A stretch of 63,433 nt of DNA, counting the filler. It is 5 parts of 5 records of this genome, joined end to end, with 100 filler letters (N's around TTAATTAATTAA, not from the genome) between each part and the next. Parts side by side here need not be neighbours in the genome. Positions count along the whole stretch, not along the records: positions 27,537 to 51,873 come from DRR723986_2458; 4 more parts are not named here. One strand, 5' to 3'. Position 1 is the first letter of the stretch. Each line of letters begins with the position of its first letter. The translations under genes were made by a program, and so were the position numbers. The notes beneath the pieces are model-generated. The model saw only the letters and a program-made list of their open reading frames with translations. It searched no databases and had not been told where the DNA came from. This document shows positions 27,683 through 39,653 of the stretch, one piece after another.

Positions 27683-29947
27683 ATGTACGACCAAAACTAT
27701 CAGGACAAAGCTGAAGCGCCCATGAGCGCCGAGCGTGCGCAACCAGAAGATGACAGCGATATTATTGATATCCGCGCTTTGTTTATGATTTTGCTACGCC
27801 GTAAGTGGATCATTATAAACACGACCCTATTTTGCGCGGTTTTGAGCGTCCTGATTTTATTTCAGCTAACACCCCGTTATACAGCCTCTGCTATGTTGGC
27901 GCTGGAAACACGCCAGAACCAAGTGGTTGATGTTCAGGCGGTTATGTCCGGCATAGGCACAGACGTGGCGGCGATTAAAACCGAAATTGATGTGATGACG
28001 TCGCGCCGTTTGGTCGGTAAAACCGTTGACGCTCTAAGCTTGATGAATGACCCAGAGTTTAACGGTGCGCTTAATACAGAGCGCAGTCTGCTTTCTTATT
28101 TGAATCCTATTACCTATTTGCCAGACAGCTGGCAGCGGTCCATTTTAGGCGACCCAGAAACGATTAGCCCTGAAGAAAAAGCCATTCGTGAGCGTGCCCA
28201 GGTTATAGATGTTGTTACCTCGCGGCTTAATGTTTCAAACCCCGCGCGATCTTACAGCATATCAATGGCGTTTGAGTCTACTGACCCGCGCAAGGCGGCG
28301 CGTATAGCGAACAGCTTGGCGGATTTGTATTTGACCGATCAGTTAGAGGCAAAATTTGAAGCGACGCAGCGGGCTAATGAATGGTTGAACGAGCGTATAT
28401 TTGATTTACGCGAAAATGTGCGCTCATCCGAAGTGGCGGCGCAAACCTTCCGCGAAGAAAACCAACTTATACAAACCGGCTCAGCTGGATTGGTTTCTGA
28501 TCAGCAGCTGACGCAGTTAAATACCAGGCTTATTGATGCCCGTACCGACCTTGCTCGGACGGAAGCTCGCTATAGTCAGTTGAGTAATATCGCCGACCCG
28601 GCAATAGCAGATTATGACGGTTTGGCGGAGGTGCTAGATTCCCCTCTTATTCAGCGCCTGCGGGAACAGCAGTCGGAAGTTTTGAGGAACAGGGCTGAGT
28701 TAGGCACGCGGTATGGTCCCCGGCACCCACGGATGATTAATGTTGAAGCGGAACTGCAAGATATCGATTCGAATATTCGCCTTGAGATTCGAAAAGTAGT
28801 GAATGGTATTCAAAGTGAAGTGGATGTTGCCAGGGCACGTGTTGAAGCGCTAGAAAATAGTTTACAACAACTGAAAACAGAAAATGTGGCCGTGAACCGG
28901 GCGCAGGTTCAACTGCGCGAGCTTGAGCGCGAAGCCGAAGCAAACCGTATTTTATTAGAAACTTTCTTGGCCCGCTTTAAAGAAACGACCAATCAACAAG
29001 ATATTCAACAAGCTGATGCGCGGATCATATCGCGTGCCGATGCGCCTATTGCGGCATCTTTTCCGAAGAAAAAACTAATTTTTGTCTTGGTTATTTTCGC
29101 CTCGCTAGGATTGGGCGTTGGCTTGGCATTTCTGCTTGAAACGCTGGACAATGGCTACAGAACCTTGGAGCAAATACGCGCGGACCTTGGACTGCGCGGG
29201 GTTGGTATCATTCCCATGTTAGCCAGCAGCAAGCTGCAAGGCACGTCGGTGGAAGAGTATTTGCTGGCGAAACCATCATCATCGTTTGCCGAGGCCCACC
29301 GTAATGTTCATGCCTCTATGCTTTATTCAGGGCCACGGCAAAATACGCCGCAGGTGGTTATGGCAACCTCGTCGGTTCCCGGTGAAGGGAAGTCCACCTT
29401 TTCTTTGTGTTACGCACGCTTGATGGCTAAGTCAGGCCTGAAGGTGTTGCTTGTTGAGGCAGATTTACGCCGGCCCGTCGTGCATGCGCGGTTGAACATT
29501 GAAGACGCGCCAACCAATTTGGTTGCGGTTCTGGAAGAAACAGGCCCTGATACACAGAAGCTATATAAGGATGAAGCTTCTGGTTTGCATATTCTTGGCG
29601 GTAAAGGACACCCAGATCCGCAGAAGCTGTTCTCCAGCGACAAATTCAGCGGTATGCTAACATGGGCACGTGATACCTACGATTTGATCGTGCTCGACAC
29701 GCCGCCAGTGATGGCTGTATCAGACGCGATTGTATTGTCGCATTTGGTTGATGCGGTACTGTATGTTGTTCAATGGGAAACCACGCCTAAAAAGTCAGTT
29801 GAAAGCGGCATTAACCAACTGCGTGAAGCAGGCGCGACCATTGCAGGCACGGTGATAACGCAGGTGAATATCAAGCGTCATCAGTCATACGGCTATGGGG
29901 ACCAAGGCTATTATTACGGCACTAAGAGTGGCTATTATTCCAATTAG
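27683..29947 (+). CDS. wzc: Polysaccharide co-polymerase / BY tyrosine autokinase (Wzc/GumC family)
   Basis: Wzz-like N-terminus, coiled coil, TSSVPGEGKST, EADLRRP, IVLDTPPV, Tyr-rich tail SYGYGDQGYYYGTKSGYY. Confidence 0.93.
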   Translation: MYDQNYQDKAEAPMSAERAQPEDDSDIIDIRALFMILLRRKWIIINTTLFCAVLSVLILFQLTPRYTASAMLALETRQNQVVDVQAVMSGIGTDVAAIKTEIDVMTSRRLVGKTVDALSLMNDPEFNGALNTERSLLSYLNPITYLPDSWQRSILGDPETISPEEKAIRERAQVIDVVTSRLNVSNPARSYSISMAFESTDPRKAARIANSLADLYLTDQLEAKFEATQRANEWLNERIFDLRENVRSSEVAAQTFREENQLIQTGSAGLVSDQQLTQLNTRLIDARTDLARTEARYSQLSNIADPAIADYDGLAEVLDSPLIQRLREQQSEVLRNRAELGTRYGPRHPRMINVEAELQDIDSNIRLEIRKVVNGIQSEVDVARARVEALENSLQQLKTENVAVNRAQVQLRELEREAEANRILLETFLARFKETTNQQDIQQADARIISRADAPIAASFPKKKLIFVLVIFASLGLGVGLAFLLETLDNGYRTLEQIRADLGLRGVGIIPMLASSKLQGTSVEEYLLAKPSSSFAEAHRNVHASMLYSGPRQNTPQVVMATSSVPGEGKSTFSLCYARLMAKSGLKVLLVEADLRRPVVHARLNIEDAPTNLVAVLEETGPDTQKLYKDEASGLHILGGKGHPDPQKLFSSDKFSGMLTWARDTYDLIVLDTPPVMAVSDAIVLSHLVDAVLYVVQWETTPKKSVESGINQLREAGATIAGTVITQVNIKRHQSYGYGDQGYYYGTKSGYYSN

Positions 29948-30044
29948 TCGCAGGTTGTTTGAGTACCTTTTAAGCCAGACCGGCCATTGAAAAAGCTACC
30001 ACGTAATTTTCTTGAAACGTTGTTTTGGAAAACAAGAAGGAAAA

Positions 30045-30134
30045 TGGCGGAGTCGGACGGATTCGAACCCTCGAGGGCGTTGCCACCCAACACGCTTTCC
30101 AGGCGTGCGCCTTAAACCACTCGGCCACGACTCC
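30045..30134 (-). tRNA. tRNA-Ser(GGA)
   Basis: GGAGTCGTGGCCGAGTGGTTTAAGGCG; anticodon arm CACGC-CTGGAAA-GCGTG; long variable arm; GGTTCGAATCC; encoded CCA. Confidence 0.97.
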
Positions 30135-30270
30135 ACTAAGCACCTGTAAATTCAAAGCAGTGAATTAAGTATTAAACATTTCAGCGGTGCGGCCCGCACT
30201 ATAGCCATGTTGGGTGCCGAGGCAAGTGTTAATCACATGCAGTCTTGCAATATGAGTGTCGGGTTTGGTG

Positions 30271-32538
30271 TTAAGCGCGAATGGTGGTTAAAAACTCTAC
30301 CACTTGCCCTCGCAGATCATCCGATTGTTGGGTCAATTGTTTTGCCGAGTTTAACACCTCTGCTGCGGCAGAGCCAGTTGAGGTCGCCCCTTGGTTCACT
30401 GTATGAATATTTGTCGTTACTTCTTCTGTGCCAGTTGAAACCTCGGCAACATTCCGGGCAATTTCTTGCGTTGATGCATCTTGCTCCTCCACGGCTGTGG
30501 CAATGGAAACCGACGTTGCTTCAATATCGCCAATGATACTCTTGATTTCGTTCATGGCTTTCACGGCTAAACTGGTGGCATTTTGCATTCCAGAGACTTG
30601 ATCACTAATTTCCTGCGTGGCTTTTGCGGTTTGATTGGCGAGGGATTTCACCTCGCTGGCCACCACGGCAAACCCTCTGCCTGCATCTCCAGCCCGCGCG
30701 GCTTCAATGGTTGCATTGAGTGCAAGTAAGTTGGTTTGCTCTGCAATTTCGTTAATTAGTTTGACCACTTCACCAATTTTTTCTGCCGCATCCACCAGTT
30801 GCGCCACATCATTGCTGGCATTGTCAGTGCGCGTAACCGCGTCGCGTGCCGCGGCGCTTGATTGGTTGGTCTGTCCGGTTATTTCTCTCACCGAACTGGA
30901 AAGCTCTTCCGCAGCGCTGGCAACCATTTGGGCGTTGCTACTGGCTTGCTGAGCAGCACTTGCCACCGTTTTCGATTGCTCAGATGTATCCGCTGCGGTT
31001 TCAGACATACCGCTTGCTGCTTGTTCCATGCCTTTAGCAGATGCAGAAACGCTTTCCACAAGCGCCAGCACGGATTGCTCAAACTTGTCGGCCAAATCCA
31101 ACATGGCCTGACGGCGCTCCGCCCGTGCTTTCTCTGAGCGCATCTCATCTCTTGCGCGCCTTTCTTCACGTTCTTCGCGTATCCGGTTTTCTTCTTCTTC
31201 TTTAAGAGCCCTCTCTCGCTCTTCTTTTTCCCTTTGTGCGACCTCAAGGTCTCTGCGTTCCAGCGCGTTATCTTTAAAAATTTGAACAGAATGAGCCATG
31301 TCGCCCACTTCATCCCGCCGATCCGCATTGGGAATGGCAACATCAAGGTTACCGTCTGCCAAAACCATCATTGTGTCGGACAAAGCGTTTACAGGGCGAA
31401 CTACCCGCACGATAATTACCCAGAAAGCCAATCCGCCAACCAGAAATGAAACCGCAATCAGAATGCCTGACAATAGAACACTGGCGTTTGCCTCGCTCAC
31501 CGCTGTTTGGTTCAGGGTTTTGGCTAAGTTATCAGCATAGGTACTCATTCTAAATACTGGGTCAGTAGCTTCCTGGGCCAAACTCACCCATTCCTCCGCG
31601 GTCAATTGGTAAGCAACGTTGTCTTCCCCGTCCTCTTCGGCCATGGCCGATGTGTCATACAGGTCAAAGCGACTGCCGCCAAAGCCGTCAATGAATGTTG
31701 TCTCAATCAATTGAATTTGATTAGCAATTTCGTTGGTTACAGTTGCTGACTTTGCAAATGTCACCACTTGCCCCCAAGCGCCTTCACTAATGCCGCTATA
31801 CTTAATGCCCGTGCTTTGCTCATTGGTGCCAATGAAGGATTTCCCCGCCACATTATCTGATAATGACGCCGCCTCACGCGCTGCATATTCAGACATCACC
31901 CACAACTGGTTTTTTAGTCTGTTAACCGTCCCTATGCGGTCATCACCAAAGTCATAATTGCTTTCAATTTCAATTCTCAACGCTGCAGCTATTTCAATAA
32001 GTGCATCCATTGACTTGGCTGCGTCCCGTCCGCGTGACCGATCATTGTCTTTCCCGAAAGATTGTAGGTCGGCATCGGTTAGTAGTTGTTGTGCAGCATA
32101 GGCGCTGTAAGTCTCACTAAATTTATTTTTTATCTCTTCAAAAGCCTGAACAGCGGTTTCATAGCGTTCACTATTTTGATTGCCGTCAAAGGGTGCCAAG
32201 TTCGCCAAGTCGCGTTTGATGTTAGTATAGGCGGTGTCCACCTTGACGCGGTTATCGCGTATCCGAGTTATAAAAAAGCCCGGTACATTAGCTTCAAAGC
32301 CATATGCTGCGTAACTGAACAGCCGTTCGTCTGCTAAGGCCAATTTCAATTGAACAATATTATCAATTGTTTCGTTTAAGGCCTGCGCTCTGGTCGCGAT
32401 ATTTTTTGTCGCGACGGCACGTGACATTTGCGCGACATTCAAGCCGACTACAACAATCATTAACAGGAATGTGACAAACAGCAGGAGGTTTCTGATGCTA
32501 AACCAGCGAAAGGCTGCATCCCCAATCGTTGCAGACAT
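30271..32538 (-). CDS. Methyl-accepting chemotaxis protein
   Basis: TM-periplasmic-TM-HAMP; [37 protein letters not shown]. Confidence 0.96.
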   Translation of the reverse strand: MSATIGDAAFRWFSIRNLLLFVTFLLMIVVVGLNVAQMSRAVATKNIATRAQALNETIDNIVQLKLALADERLFSYAAYGFEANVPGFFITRIRDNRVKVDTAYTNIKRDLANLAPFDGNQNSERYETAVQAFEEIKNKFSETYSAYAAQQLLTDADLQSFGKDNDRSRGRDAAKSMDALIEIAAALRIEIESNYDFGDDRIGTVNRLKNQLWVMSEYAAREAASLSDNVAGKSFIGTNEQSTGIKYSGISEGAWGQVVTFAKSATVTNEIANQIQLIETTFIDGFGGSRFDLYDTSAMAEEDGEDNVAYQLTAEEWVSLAQEATDPVFRMSTYADNLAKTLNQTAVSEANASVLLSGILIAVSFLVGGLAFWVIIVRVVRPVNALSDTMMVLADGNLDVAIPNADRRDEVGDMAHSVQIFKDNALERRDLEVAQREKEERERALKEEEENRIREEREERRARDEMRSEKARAERRQAMLDLADKFEQSVLALVESVSASAKGMEQAASGMSETAADTSEQSKTVASAAQQASSNAQMVASAAEELSSSVREITGQTNQSSAAARDAVTRTDNASNDVAQLVDAAEKIGEVVKLINEIAEQTNLLALNATIEAARAGDAGRGFAVVASEVKSLANQTAKATQEISDQVSGMQNATSLAVKAMNEIKSIIGDIEATSVSIATAVEEQDASTQEIARNVAEVSTGTEEVTTNIHTVNQGATSTGSAAAEVLNSAKQLTQQSDDLRGQVVEFLTTIRA

Positions 32539-32828
32539 GTAGTTAATCCTTTTTCAACAGTACCTGAATATATGCAGGTTCGTTTCTCTTAACCCCTTCA
32601 TCGCATATGGGAGTTAACGAATCTTAAAAGCGGCATGGGTTTTCCTATTCGCGTAGGCCTTGGCTATGTCGTTGTTATAGCCCTTCTTTGGACAGTAAAT
32701 ATTCAACACTTCGTCATGCGTCCAATCATCCACCAAACAAGCAATGTGTTGATTTACATATATTTTTTTGTGATGTAGGCTTCTTCAAATAATGACTTAT
32801 TTTTTGCGTATCGAAAGCACAGTCACCC

Positions 32829-34016
32829 ATGCCCCATCATTACGACGTCATAATAATTGGAGCAGGAGCAGCCGGTTTAATGTGTGCGATTGCTGCAGGT
32901 GGACGCGGAAAACGTGTTTTGTTGCTAGAGCGTAACAAAAAGCCCGGCGCAAAAATTCTTATATCGGGTGGTGGGCGCTGTAATTTTACCAACCAAGATG
33001 TCGTGCCAGGCGCTTACATCAGCGAAAACCCTCACTTTGCTAAATCGGCATTAAGCCGTTATACCCCCTGGGATTTTATGGACCTTTTGTTGCGTCATGA
33101 GATCTCGTGGCATGAAAAAACTCTTGGCCAGCTATTCTGCGACCAAGGCGCGAAAGCCATTTTGAAAGTGTTGTTAGATGAATGCGCCGCCGTTGGCGTT
33201 GAGATCAAACTTGAAACCCATATTGATTCTATTGAGCGCATCAGTGGCAGCTATCTTGTGCATGCTCATGAGGGTTTTTCTGCTGAGAAGTTGGTTATTG
33301 CTTCAGGCGGTCTGTCCATCCCGCAAATGGGTGCAACAGACTTTGGCTATAAGGTTGCACGGCAATTTGGCTTGAAAATTATCGAACCGCGACCAGCGTT
33401 GGTGCCGTTGATATTTGACGTTGAAAACGTTGAAGCCATGAAAGCGTTGGCTGGGGTTGCAGCAGATAGCACTATTTCAGTGCCTGACAACAAGGCGGCG
33501 CCAACCTTTCGTGAAAATCTTTTATTCACTCATCGTGGCCTGAGCGGGCCAGCGATTTTACAGATTTCGTCTTACTGGCAACCGGGCGCTGCCATAGCCA
33601 TTGATATGGCGCCGACAGAGACGGATATGATTGCTTGGCTAAAATCAAGACGCTTAGACAATGCAAAAGCCTCGGTATCCTCACAGCTGGCCACATGGTT
33701 GCCGGCGCGCCTTGCGAACCAAATCGCTGAAAAGTGGCCTGGTAATATGGCATCACTTTCCAACGCATCGCTTGAGGCGTTGGCCGCACGGCTAACAAAT
33801 TGGACACTGAAACCAAAAGGAACTGAAGGCTTCAAGAAAGCAGAAGTAACCCGCGGCGGCGTTTCAACGGCAGAGTTGTCCTCTAAGACCATGGAAGCCA
33901 AAAAGGTATCCGGCCTGTATTTTATCGGCGAGTGTGTGGACGTAACCGGTTGGTTGGGTGGCTATAATTTTCAGTGGGCCTGGGCGAGCGGCCATGCAGC
34001 AGGCAATGCGGTATAA
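32829..34016 (+). CDS. HI0933/BaiN (YhiN)-family flavoprotein
   Basis: GAGAAG, KILISGGGRCNFTN, LFTHRGLSGP, GWLGGYNFQWAWASG. Confidence 0.95.
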   Translation: MPHHYDVIIIGAGAAGLMCAIAAGGRGKRVLLLERNKKPGAKILISGGGRCNFTNQDVVPGAYISENPHFAKSALSRYTPWDFMDLLLRHEISWHEKTLGQLFCDQGAKAILKVLLDECAAVGVEIKLETHIDSIERISGSYLVHAHEGFSAEKLVIASGGLSIPQMGATDFGYKVARQFGLKIIEPRPALVPLIFDVENVEAMKALAGVAADSTISVPDNKAAPTFRENLLFTHRGLSGPAILQISSYWQPGAAIAIDMAPTETDMIAWLKSRRLDNAKASVSSQLATWLPARLANQIAEKWPGNMASLSNASLEALAARLTNWTLKPKGTEGFKKAEVTRGGVSTAELSSKTMEAKKVSGLYFIGECVDVTGWLGGYNFQWAWASGHAAGNAV

Positions 34017-34032
34017 TTTAATAAGGAAGCGC

Positions 34033-34371
34033 TTAACTTGCCAGCGGGTCGCCCTTAACCATGACGGGTTTTCTGGATGTGGTGCTTCCGGCGCTTTCAG
34101 CGAATTTTTTTAATGCCAAGTCTGGCCCTGCCAAAATTAACAAACCTACTTGTTCAGACCCTGACCATTTTACTTCAGCGGCAAACTCGCCAAGTTCGTC
34201 AATTTCTAACAAAAGTCGCTCGCCGATTGCAAAGGTGGCGTCGGTTGAAATAAGTGTTCCGGCCAAGGAGATGTCACGCACCTTACAGGAGAAAACCTGG
34301 TCATTGTCAGTGGTTAGTTTCCCGGTCCACAGCACAGGTAGCCTGTCATCACTGCGTTTATTGGTTTGCAT
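34033..34371 (-). CDS. Single PilZ-domain protein
   Basis: RSDDR (RxxxR) and DISLAG (DxSxxG). Confidence 0.85.
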   Translation of the reverse strand: MQTNKRSDDRLPVLWTGKLTTDNDQVFSCKVRDISLAGTLISTDATFAIGERLLLEIDELGEFAAEVKWSGSEQVGLLILAGPDLALKKFAESAGSTTSRKPVMVKGDPLAS

Positions 34372-34520
34372 TTTGGGGCGTACCCTTATCGCTGTTCCTG
34401 CCTTCAGACAAGGCTAATGGAATTTACACTTGTGTCCAATAGGCGAATAATGGCATTTGAACATCAAGAATTGGTAAACGCAGTGTATTATGCCTGCTCC
34501 GGATAAAAGGGAGACTATCG

Positions 34521-35288
34521 ATGAAGCTGACAGATCGCATTCGATCGCTTTTTTTTAATCTGGTTTTTTATCCCTTCACCTTGGTTTTTTGCGGGCTTGT
34601 CGTTGCGCCTATGTGCTTTGCGCGCACCGATACGCCTGTTAGGCGCGGCATCTATTGGTATTGTATTGCCTCTTTGTGGATAGCGCGAATTTGTTCTGGT
34701 ATTCGCTACGAACACCGGTTCGCCGAAAAACTACCTAAAGATGGCGCCCTTATTATTGCGGCGGCACACCAAAGCAATATGGACCCAATGCTCACTTTTT
34801 TACTTCGGGATGACGTAACGGCTCTCGCAAAAAAGGAACTGTTCAAAGTTATTTTCATTGGGTCTATTTTAAAAAAAGCTCGTATTATAAAGATAGATCG
34901 CAAAGCCAGAACTGCACACCGGGGCATGCGCGAGGTGACAGACCACGTGCATGAAAGTGGCCGCCCCCTAATTGTTTACCCACAAGCGACCAGGGTACCG
35001 ATCGGTGAGAGTAAACCCCTGAAAAGCGGCGCTTATTATTTGTATAAAGATGCCAACTTGACCGTTTATCCGGTTGCAACAAATACGGGCTTGTTTTGGA
35101 CAAAAGGCTTTTGGCACCGTGCGGGCACAGCGGTTTTTCAAGTAGGCGAGCCATTCCCAGCAGGTTTATCCAAGGAAGACTTTATGGCCCGCCTGCATTC
35201 TGAAGTGGTGATTAAAAGCAACGACCTCGTGCGCGAGAGTGGATACGGTGATTTGCTTCCAGAAGATGCCGACCTGCAAAGAAATTGA
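34521..35288 (+). CDS. plsC: 1-acyl-sn-glycerol-3-phosphate acyltransferase (PlsC family)
   Basis: HQSNMD (HxxxxD), AKKELF, IDR, YPQATR. Confidence 0.88.
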   Translation: MKLTDRIRSLFFNLVFYPFTLVFCGLVVAPMCFARTDTPVRRGIYWYCIASLWIARICSGIRYEHRFAEKLPKDGALIIAAAHQSNMDPMLTFLLRDDVTALAKKELFKVIFIGSILKKARIIKIDRKARTAHRGMREVTDHVHESGRPLIVYPQATRVPIGESKPLKSGAYYLYKDANLTVYPVATNTGLFWTKGFWHRAGTAVFQVGEPFPAGLSKEDFMARLHSEVVIKSNDLVRESGYGDLLPEDADLQRN

Positions 35289-35409
35289 GCCTTTGGATTA
35301 GGCTTTCAGATTAGTTTTCTCCCGACATTGTGAAGAAAAACTCGTGTTACTAGGCCTTGTAGTTAGCTAAACCAACCCTAAACTGTATAGGGCAGTAGGG
35401 AGAGCGCGC

Positions 35410-36273
35410 ATGGCGCAATTAACAGAAAGTCCAGATAGCTTAGAGCAAGTGGCCGAAGCGCTGCTTAAGCATTACCAACGATATGAGAGCCTTTCGGGCC
35501 TTTCGCTTGGCAAAGTTGGTAACTTGCTGCGTCAAACTGTGGCTGTTTTATTTCCCCATCATGCTGTTGCTGATGAAGAGAGCGTTTCACTTGAAGATAG
35601 GTTAGTAAAACTTGAGCGTGATTTTCATGCGCTGGTAGAGCCTCTGTGTGCTGGTAAGGATGTTGGCTGCACCAAATTATTGGTTAAGGGCTTTATGTCT
35701 GACTTGCCGTCGGTTGCTGACTTTTGCCATGCTGATGCGGCAACTTTGCTTGAGGGCGACCCTGCAGCCAATTCTTTGGAAGAAGTTATTCTATGTTATC
35801 CAGGCTTTTTCGCGGTTGCCGCCTACCGATTGGCGCATGCGCTGTATCAACGCGAGGTGCCTTTACTACCGCGGATGATTTGTGAATATGCTCACCAGAA
35901 GACTGGTATTGATATTCACCCCGGTGCGCGCATTGGCCGAGCTTTATTCATAGATCATGGCACGGGCGTTGTTATCGGCGAAACGGCCCTTATTGGTAAT
36001 AATGTCAAAATATACCAAGGCGTTACATTAGGGGCACTTCGAGTAGATCGCGAAAATCGTAGTAAAAAGCGCCACCCCACCATTGAAGATAATGTTGTTA
36101 TTTACGCTGGTGCGACTATTTTGGGCGGCGAAACCACGGTGGGTCGCAACTCGGTTATTGGCGGCAATGTCTGGATAACCCGTTCCATTCCTGCTTGGTC
36201 TCGGGTAATGTTCCGGCCAGCCGATACTGACGAAATTGTACCCATTCAAACGCGTCAGAAAGCTGGAACGTAA
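35410..36273 (+). CDS. cysE: Serine O-acetyltransferase
   Basis: GDPAA, YPG, GIDIHPGARIG, IDHGTGVVIGET, KRHPTIED. Confidence 0.93.
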   Translation: MAQLTESPDSLEQVAEALLKHYQRYESLSGLSLGKVGNLLRQTVAVLFPHHAVADEESVSLEDRLVKLERDFHALVEPLCAGKDVGCTKLLVKGFMSDLPSVADFCHADAATLLEGDPAANSLEEVILCYPGFFAVAAYRLAHALYQREVPLLPRMICEYAHQKTGIDIHPGARIGRALFIDHGTGVVIGETALIGNNVKIYQGVTLGALRVDRENRSKKRHPTIEDNVVIYAGATILGGETTVGRNSVIGGNVWITRSIPAWSRVMFRPADTDEIVPIQTRQKAGT

Positions 36274-36329
36274 ATACTGCGCGGGCAATATGACCGCAAA
36301 GCTAACTTGCAGATAATAAGGAAACCGCC

Positions 36330-37244
36330 ATGAAAGCATCGTCTATTCTGGAAACCATTGGTAACACCCCGCATGTGCGTCTGGGGCGGTTATTTCCCGA
36401 CCATGATGTTTGGTTGAAGCAGGAACGGGTCAACCCTGGTGGGTCTATCAAAGACCGCATTGCGTTGGCGATGATCGAGGCTGCAGAAGCCGATGGTTCG
36501 CTCAGCGGCGGCGGTGTTATTATTGAACCGACATCTGGCAACACAGGTATTGGCCTTGCCATGGTGGCGGCAGTGAAAGGGTACCGGCTTATTCTTGTGA
36601 TGCCTGAAAGCATGTCAATTGAACGTCGCCGCATTATGCTGTCTTTTGGTGCGGAATTTGTCCTGACCCCTAAGGAGTTAGGCATGAAGGGCGCGCTTGC
36701 TAAAGCTGCTGAGCTGGTTGAAGAGACACCTGATGCTTGGATGCCCGCACAGTTTGATAACCCGGCCAATGTGGCGGTGCACCGCGACATCACCGCAAAA
36801 GAAATATTGGCCGATTTTACTGATGGCCTTGATTGCATGATCACAGGCGTAGGCACTGGCGGTCACATCACGGGCTGTGCAGAAGTGCTGAAACAGGCAT
36901 GGCCTGATTTCCAGGTGCATGCGGTTGAGCCGACTTTGTCACCAGTTCTATCAGGCGGAGAGCCTGGCCCTCACCCCATACAGGGCATTGGTGCCGGGTT
37001 TGTCCCCAGTGTGATGGATGCTTCATTGCTGGACGGTGTTGTTCAGGTTGACCCGGCAGATGCCAAAGACATGGCGCGCCGCGCTGCCCGCGAAGAAGGC
37101 ATGCTTATTGGTATATCTTCCGGCGCGACATTGGCGGCAATTGCGCAGTATTTAAAAGGCAAGCCAAGTGGCACGCGGGTTCTTGGCTTTTGCTATGATA
37201 CCGGTGAGCGTTATTTGTCTGTGCCGGATTTTTTGCCTGAGTAG
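36330..37244 (+). CDS. cysK: Cysteine synthase A
   Basis: [42 protein letters not shown]. Confidence 0.96.
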   Translation: MKASSILETIGNTPHVRLGRLFPDHDVWLKQERVNPGGSIKDRIALAMIEAAEADGSLSGGGVIIEPTSGNTGIGLAMVAAVKGYRLILVMPESMSIERRRIMLSFGAEFVLTPKELGMKGALAKAAELVEETPDAWMPAQFDNPANVAVHRDITAKEILADFTDGLDCMITGVGTGGHITGCAEVLKQAWPDFQVHAVEPTLSPVLSGGEPGPHPIQGIGAGFVPSVMDASLLDGVVQVDPADAKDMARRAAREEGMLIGISSGATLAAIAQYLKGKPSGTRVLGFCYDTGERYLSVPDFLPE

Positions 37245-37273
37245 CGCCTGTTTGCCGTAATATGTTACGAGGC

Positions 37274-37624
37274 TTATTCGTCTTCATCCACGTCAGATTG
37301 AACAGCACCGGTTTCAAGGCGCACAATCATGGCTAACTGGTCACCGCGGATGGCTAGTTCCTTATAGGAACCCCTTGGTAGCGGAATGCCATGGTCTATG
37401 CAGTGATTCAGCACTGCTGGTCCCACTTCGCTGCCATCAATAACCACTGGCTCAGAGCTGTCGGTCAGTTCAATGGTGACCGCAACTTCGCCTTCTTCGT
37501 TTAAGCTGGCAGAAACAGAGCGCACGGGCGCGTCTGCTGCCATGCCGCGTGCCTCAAGAAGAGGGCGTAGGGCGACACATAACTCTTCGTCCGAGAAAAG
37601 GATGCTACGAGATTCTAAAATCAT
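37274..37624 (-). CDS. Hypothetical protein
   Basis: 116-aa ORF filling the gap; CIDHGIPLPR motif. Confidence 0.7.
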   Translation of the reverse strand: MILESRSILFSDEELCVALRPLLEARGMAADAPVRSVSASLNEEGEVAVTIELTDSSEPVVIDGSEVGPAVLNHCIDHGIPLPRGSYKELAIRGDQLAMIVRLETGAVQSDVDEDE

Positions 37625-37694
37625 AGATTAACCACTGCTTTTTAAGCATGTATGCGCTTAATTTATGAAGAAAGAGCTAAAATTATAAATATTT

Positions 37695-38771
37695 TTACTC
37701 TGTATTGCGAGCAGTTTGCATTGTGGCTGTACGCTCTTGCCATGCTCTGATCACCGCATTGGCCACTGTTGCCAACGGTATCGCAAAAAACACACCCCAC
37801 AATCCCCATATGCCACCAAAAACCAGAATGGCCAAAATGATGGCGTTGGGATGCAGTTTCACAACTTCTGAAAATAACAAAGGTGCCAGCAAGTTGCCGT
37901 CAAGTGCCTGAATGATCAGATAGGCTATAACCGCACCCAGCATGGGGCCTGTCATGCCCCACTGAAAATAGGCAACCAGAGCCACTGGCAGGGTCACAAC
38001 CGCAGCCCCAAAATAGGGAATAACAACACTGAGGCCGGTGGCCACAGCCAGTAATGTTGCGTAGCGAATATCGATCAATTGATACACAATGAATGAGGTG
38101 ATGCCGACAATCAAAATTTCGTAGACTTTTCCCCGCGCATAGTCACCGGCTCTCTCCACCACTTCACGACCAACTTGGTCTAGCAGGGTGCGATCTTTGG
38201 GCAGAAACCGGGTAATCCAGTCCAGAATCTGGCGTTTGTCTTTTAGAAAGAAAAACACCATGACAGGCACCAAAACCGTATAAACGGCGGTGGTGATAGC
38301 GCTGGTCACCCCTGCTGAGAAATATTGCAGAATTTGCGGGCCAATATTGGCAACCTCGTTGCCGAGGTTCGCAAATGACGACCTGACTTGTTCTTCCGAG
38401 ATTAGGTCCGGGAAACGATCCTGCAGCGACAGCAGGGCGCGTTGCACACTGCCGACCATGGCAGGCGTGTCGTTGATAAACTGAGCAATTTGCCGAACCA
38501 GCGGGGGAATCACTGCCACTAAAACCGTCAAGGCAATCAAAATGAACCCTATGAAAACCGACAAAAAAGCAATTAAGGGCCTGGCCCCTTTGCGCATTAG
38601 CCATTCAATGGGGCCGTCCAGTAGAAAGGCAATAACAAGCGCGGCGATGGCGGGTGCCAGCATATTACCAAAAAGAGATATCAGAACGACAAGACCAAGC
38701 AGCACCGCGATGAGCAACACAACTTGTGCATCGGAAAATGTTCGTTTGAACCATTCGCTGACCATATTCAT
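37695..38771 (-). CDS. AI-2E family transporter (PerM-like)
   Basis: Multi-TM; IPYFGA, QALDGNLLAPLLFSEVVKLHP, GGIWGLWGVFFAIP. Confidence 0.92.
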   Translation of the reverse strand: MNMVSEWFKRTFSDAQVVLLIAVLLGLVVLISLFGNMLAPAIAALVIAFLLDGPIEWLMRKGARPLIAFLSVFIGFILIALTVLVAVIPPLVRQIAQFINDTPAMVGSVQRALLSLQDRFPDLISEEQVRSSFANLGNEVANIGPQILQYFSAGVTSAITTAVYTVLVPVMVFFFLKDKRQILDWITRFLPKDRTLLDQVGREVVERAGDYARGKVYEILIVGITSFIVYQLIDIRYATLLAVATGLSVVIPYFGAAVVTLPVALVAYFQWGMTGPMLGAVIAYLIIQALDGNLLAPLLFSEVVKLHPNAIILAILVFGGIWGLWGVFFAIPLATVANAVIRAWQERTATMQTARNTE

Positions 38772-38897
38772 GGTGCATTACCCCGTTTAACGGCTTGGCC
38801 GTAGTATTTGTCCCTTTAGCTTAGCACGGTGTGTGAATGATAAAATACCGGAAAGTTGGGCGATTTTGTGAAAAACGCGCAGCAGGTCCCTACTTCT

Positions 38898-39653
38898 TCA
38901 ACCGGTAGACACACCGCCGTCAACAATGACGTTGGCACCAGTAACATTTTGGGCCTCGTGGCTGGCAAGATAAAGCACAGTTTTGGCAACGTCCGCCGGA
39001 TCAGCCGGGCCGGTTTTGGGAATGCCACCCGCAAACTTCTCCATATCGTCGCCGATGTCGGCCAGCGCACGTTCAAACATGGGTGTTTGCATAGGGCCAG
39101 GGGATACCACATTAATGCGTATGTTTTGGTCGGCGTAATCCAGCGCCGCGCTTTTACTCAGGCCCACAACAGCATGTTTGGTCATACCGTAAGGTGCCAT
39201 CCATTCAGCTCCGGAGCGCGACAGAATTGAAGCAATGTTGACGATGGAACCACCGCCTGACTGAAGCATTGCGGGTATCTGGTGTTGCATGGCATGCCAT
39301 ATACCCATCACGTTTGTATTGAAAACATCGTTGACCACGTCCAATGAATGGTCAGCAAACCTTGCGGCCGGGTGGCTGATACCGGCATTGTTGATGGCAG
39401 CATATAAAGCGCGACCGTCTTTCGTTGCTTCTACTACAAGTTTTTGCATTGCGTTGCTGCTGCGTACATCTGCGTTCACATATTGGGCGCTGCCCCCGGC
39501 TGCATGCACCTCTGTTTCAACGCGCGCGCCTTCTTCGTCAATTAAACCGCAAAAGCACACGTGCGCGCCTTCTGCGGCGAAGGCTTTTACAATTGCTTCG
39601 CCTAGACCAGAAGTACCGCCAGTAACAATGATGGTTTTGGCGTCAAAACGCAT
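38898..39653 (-). CDS. SDR family oxidoreductase
   Basis: TGGTSGLG, NNAG, YGMTK (YxxxK), VDGG. Confidence 0.95.
   Translation of the reverse strand: MRFDAKTIIVTGGTSGLGEAIVKAFAAEGAHVCFCGLIDEEGARVETEVHAAGGSAQYVNADVRSSNAMQKLVVEATKDGRALYAAINNAGISHPAARFADHSLDVVNDVFNTNVMGIWHAMQHQIPAMLQSGGGSIVNIASILSRSGAEWMAPYGMTKHAVVGLSKSAALDYADQNIRINVVSPGPMQTPMFERALADIGDDMEKFAGGIPKTGPADPADVAKTVLYLASHEAQNVTGANVIVDGGVSTG

Noticed and set aside
27538-30134. wza-wzc beside the tRNA-Ser 3' end as a genomic island
   Set aside because: No integrase, no visible att duplication and no evident compositional shift; the contig ends before this can be tested.
29970-30155. 61-aa ORF
   Set aside because: It is the translation of tRNA-Ser.
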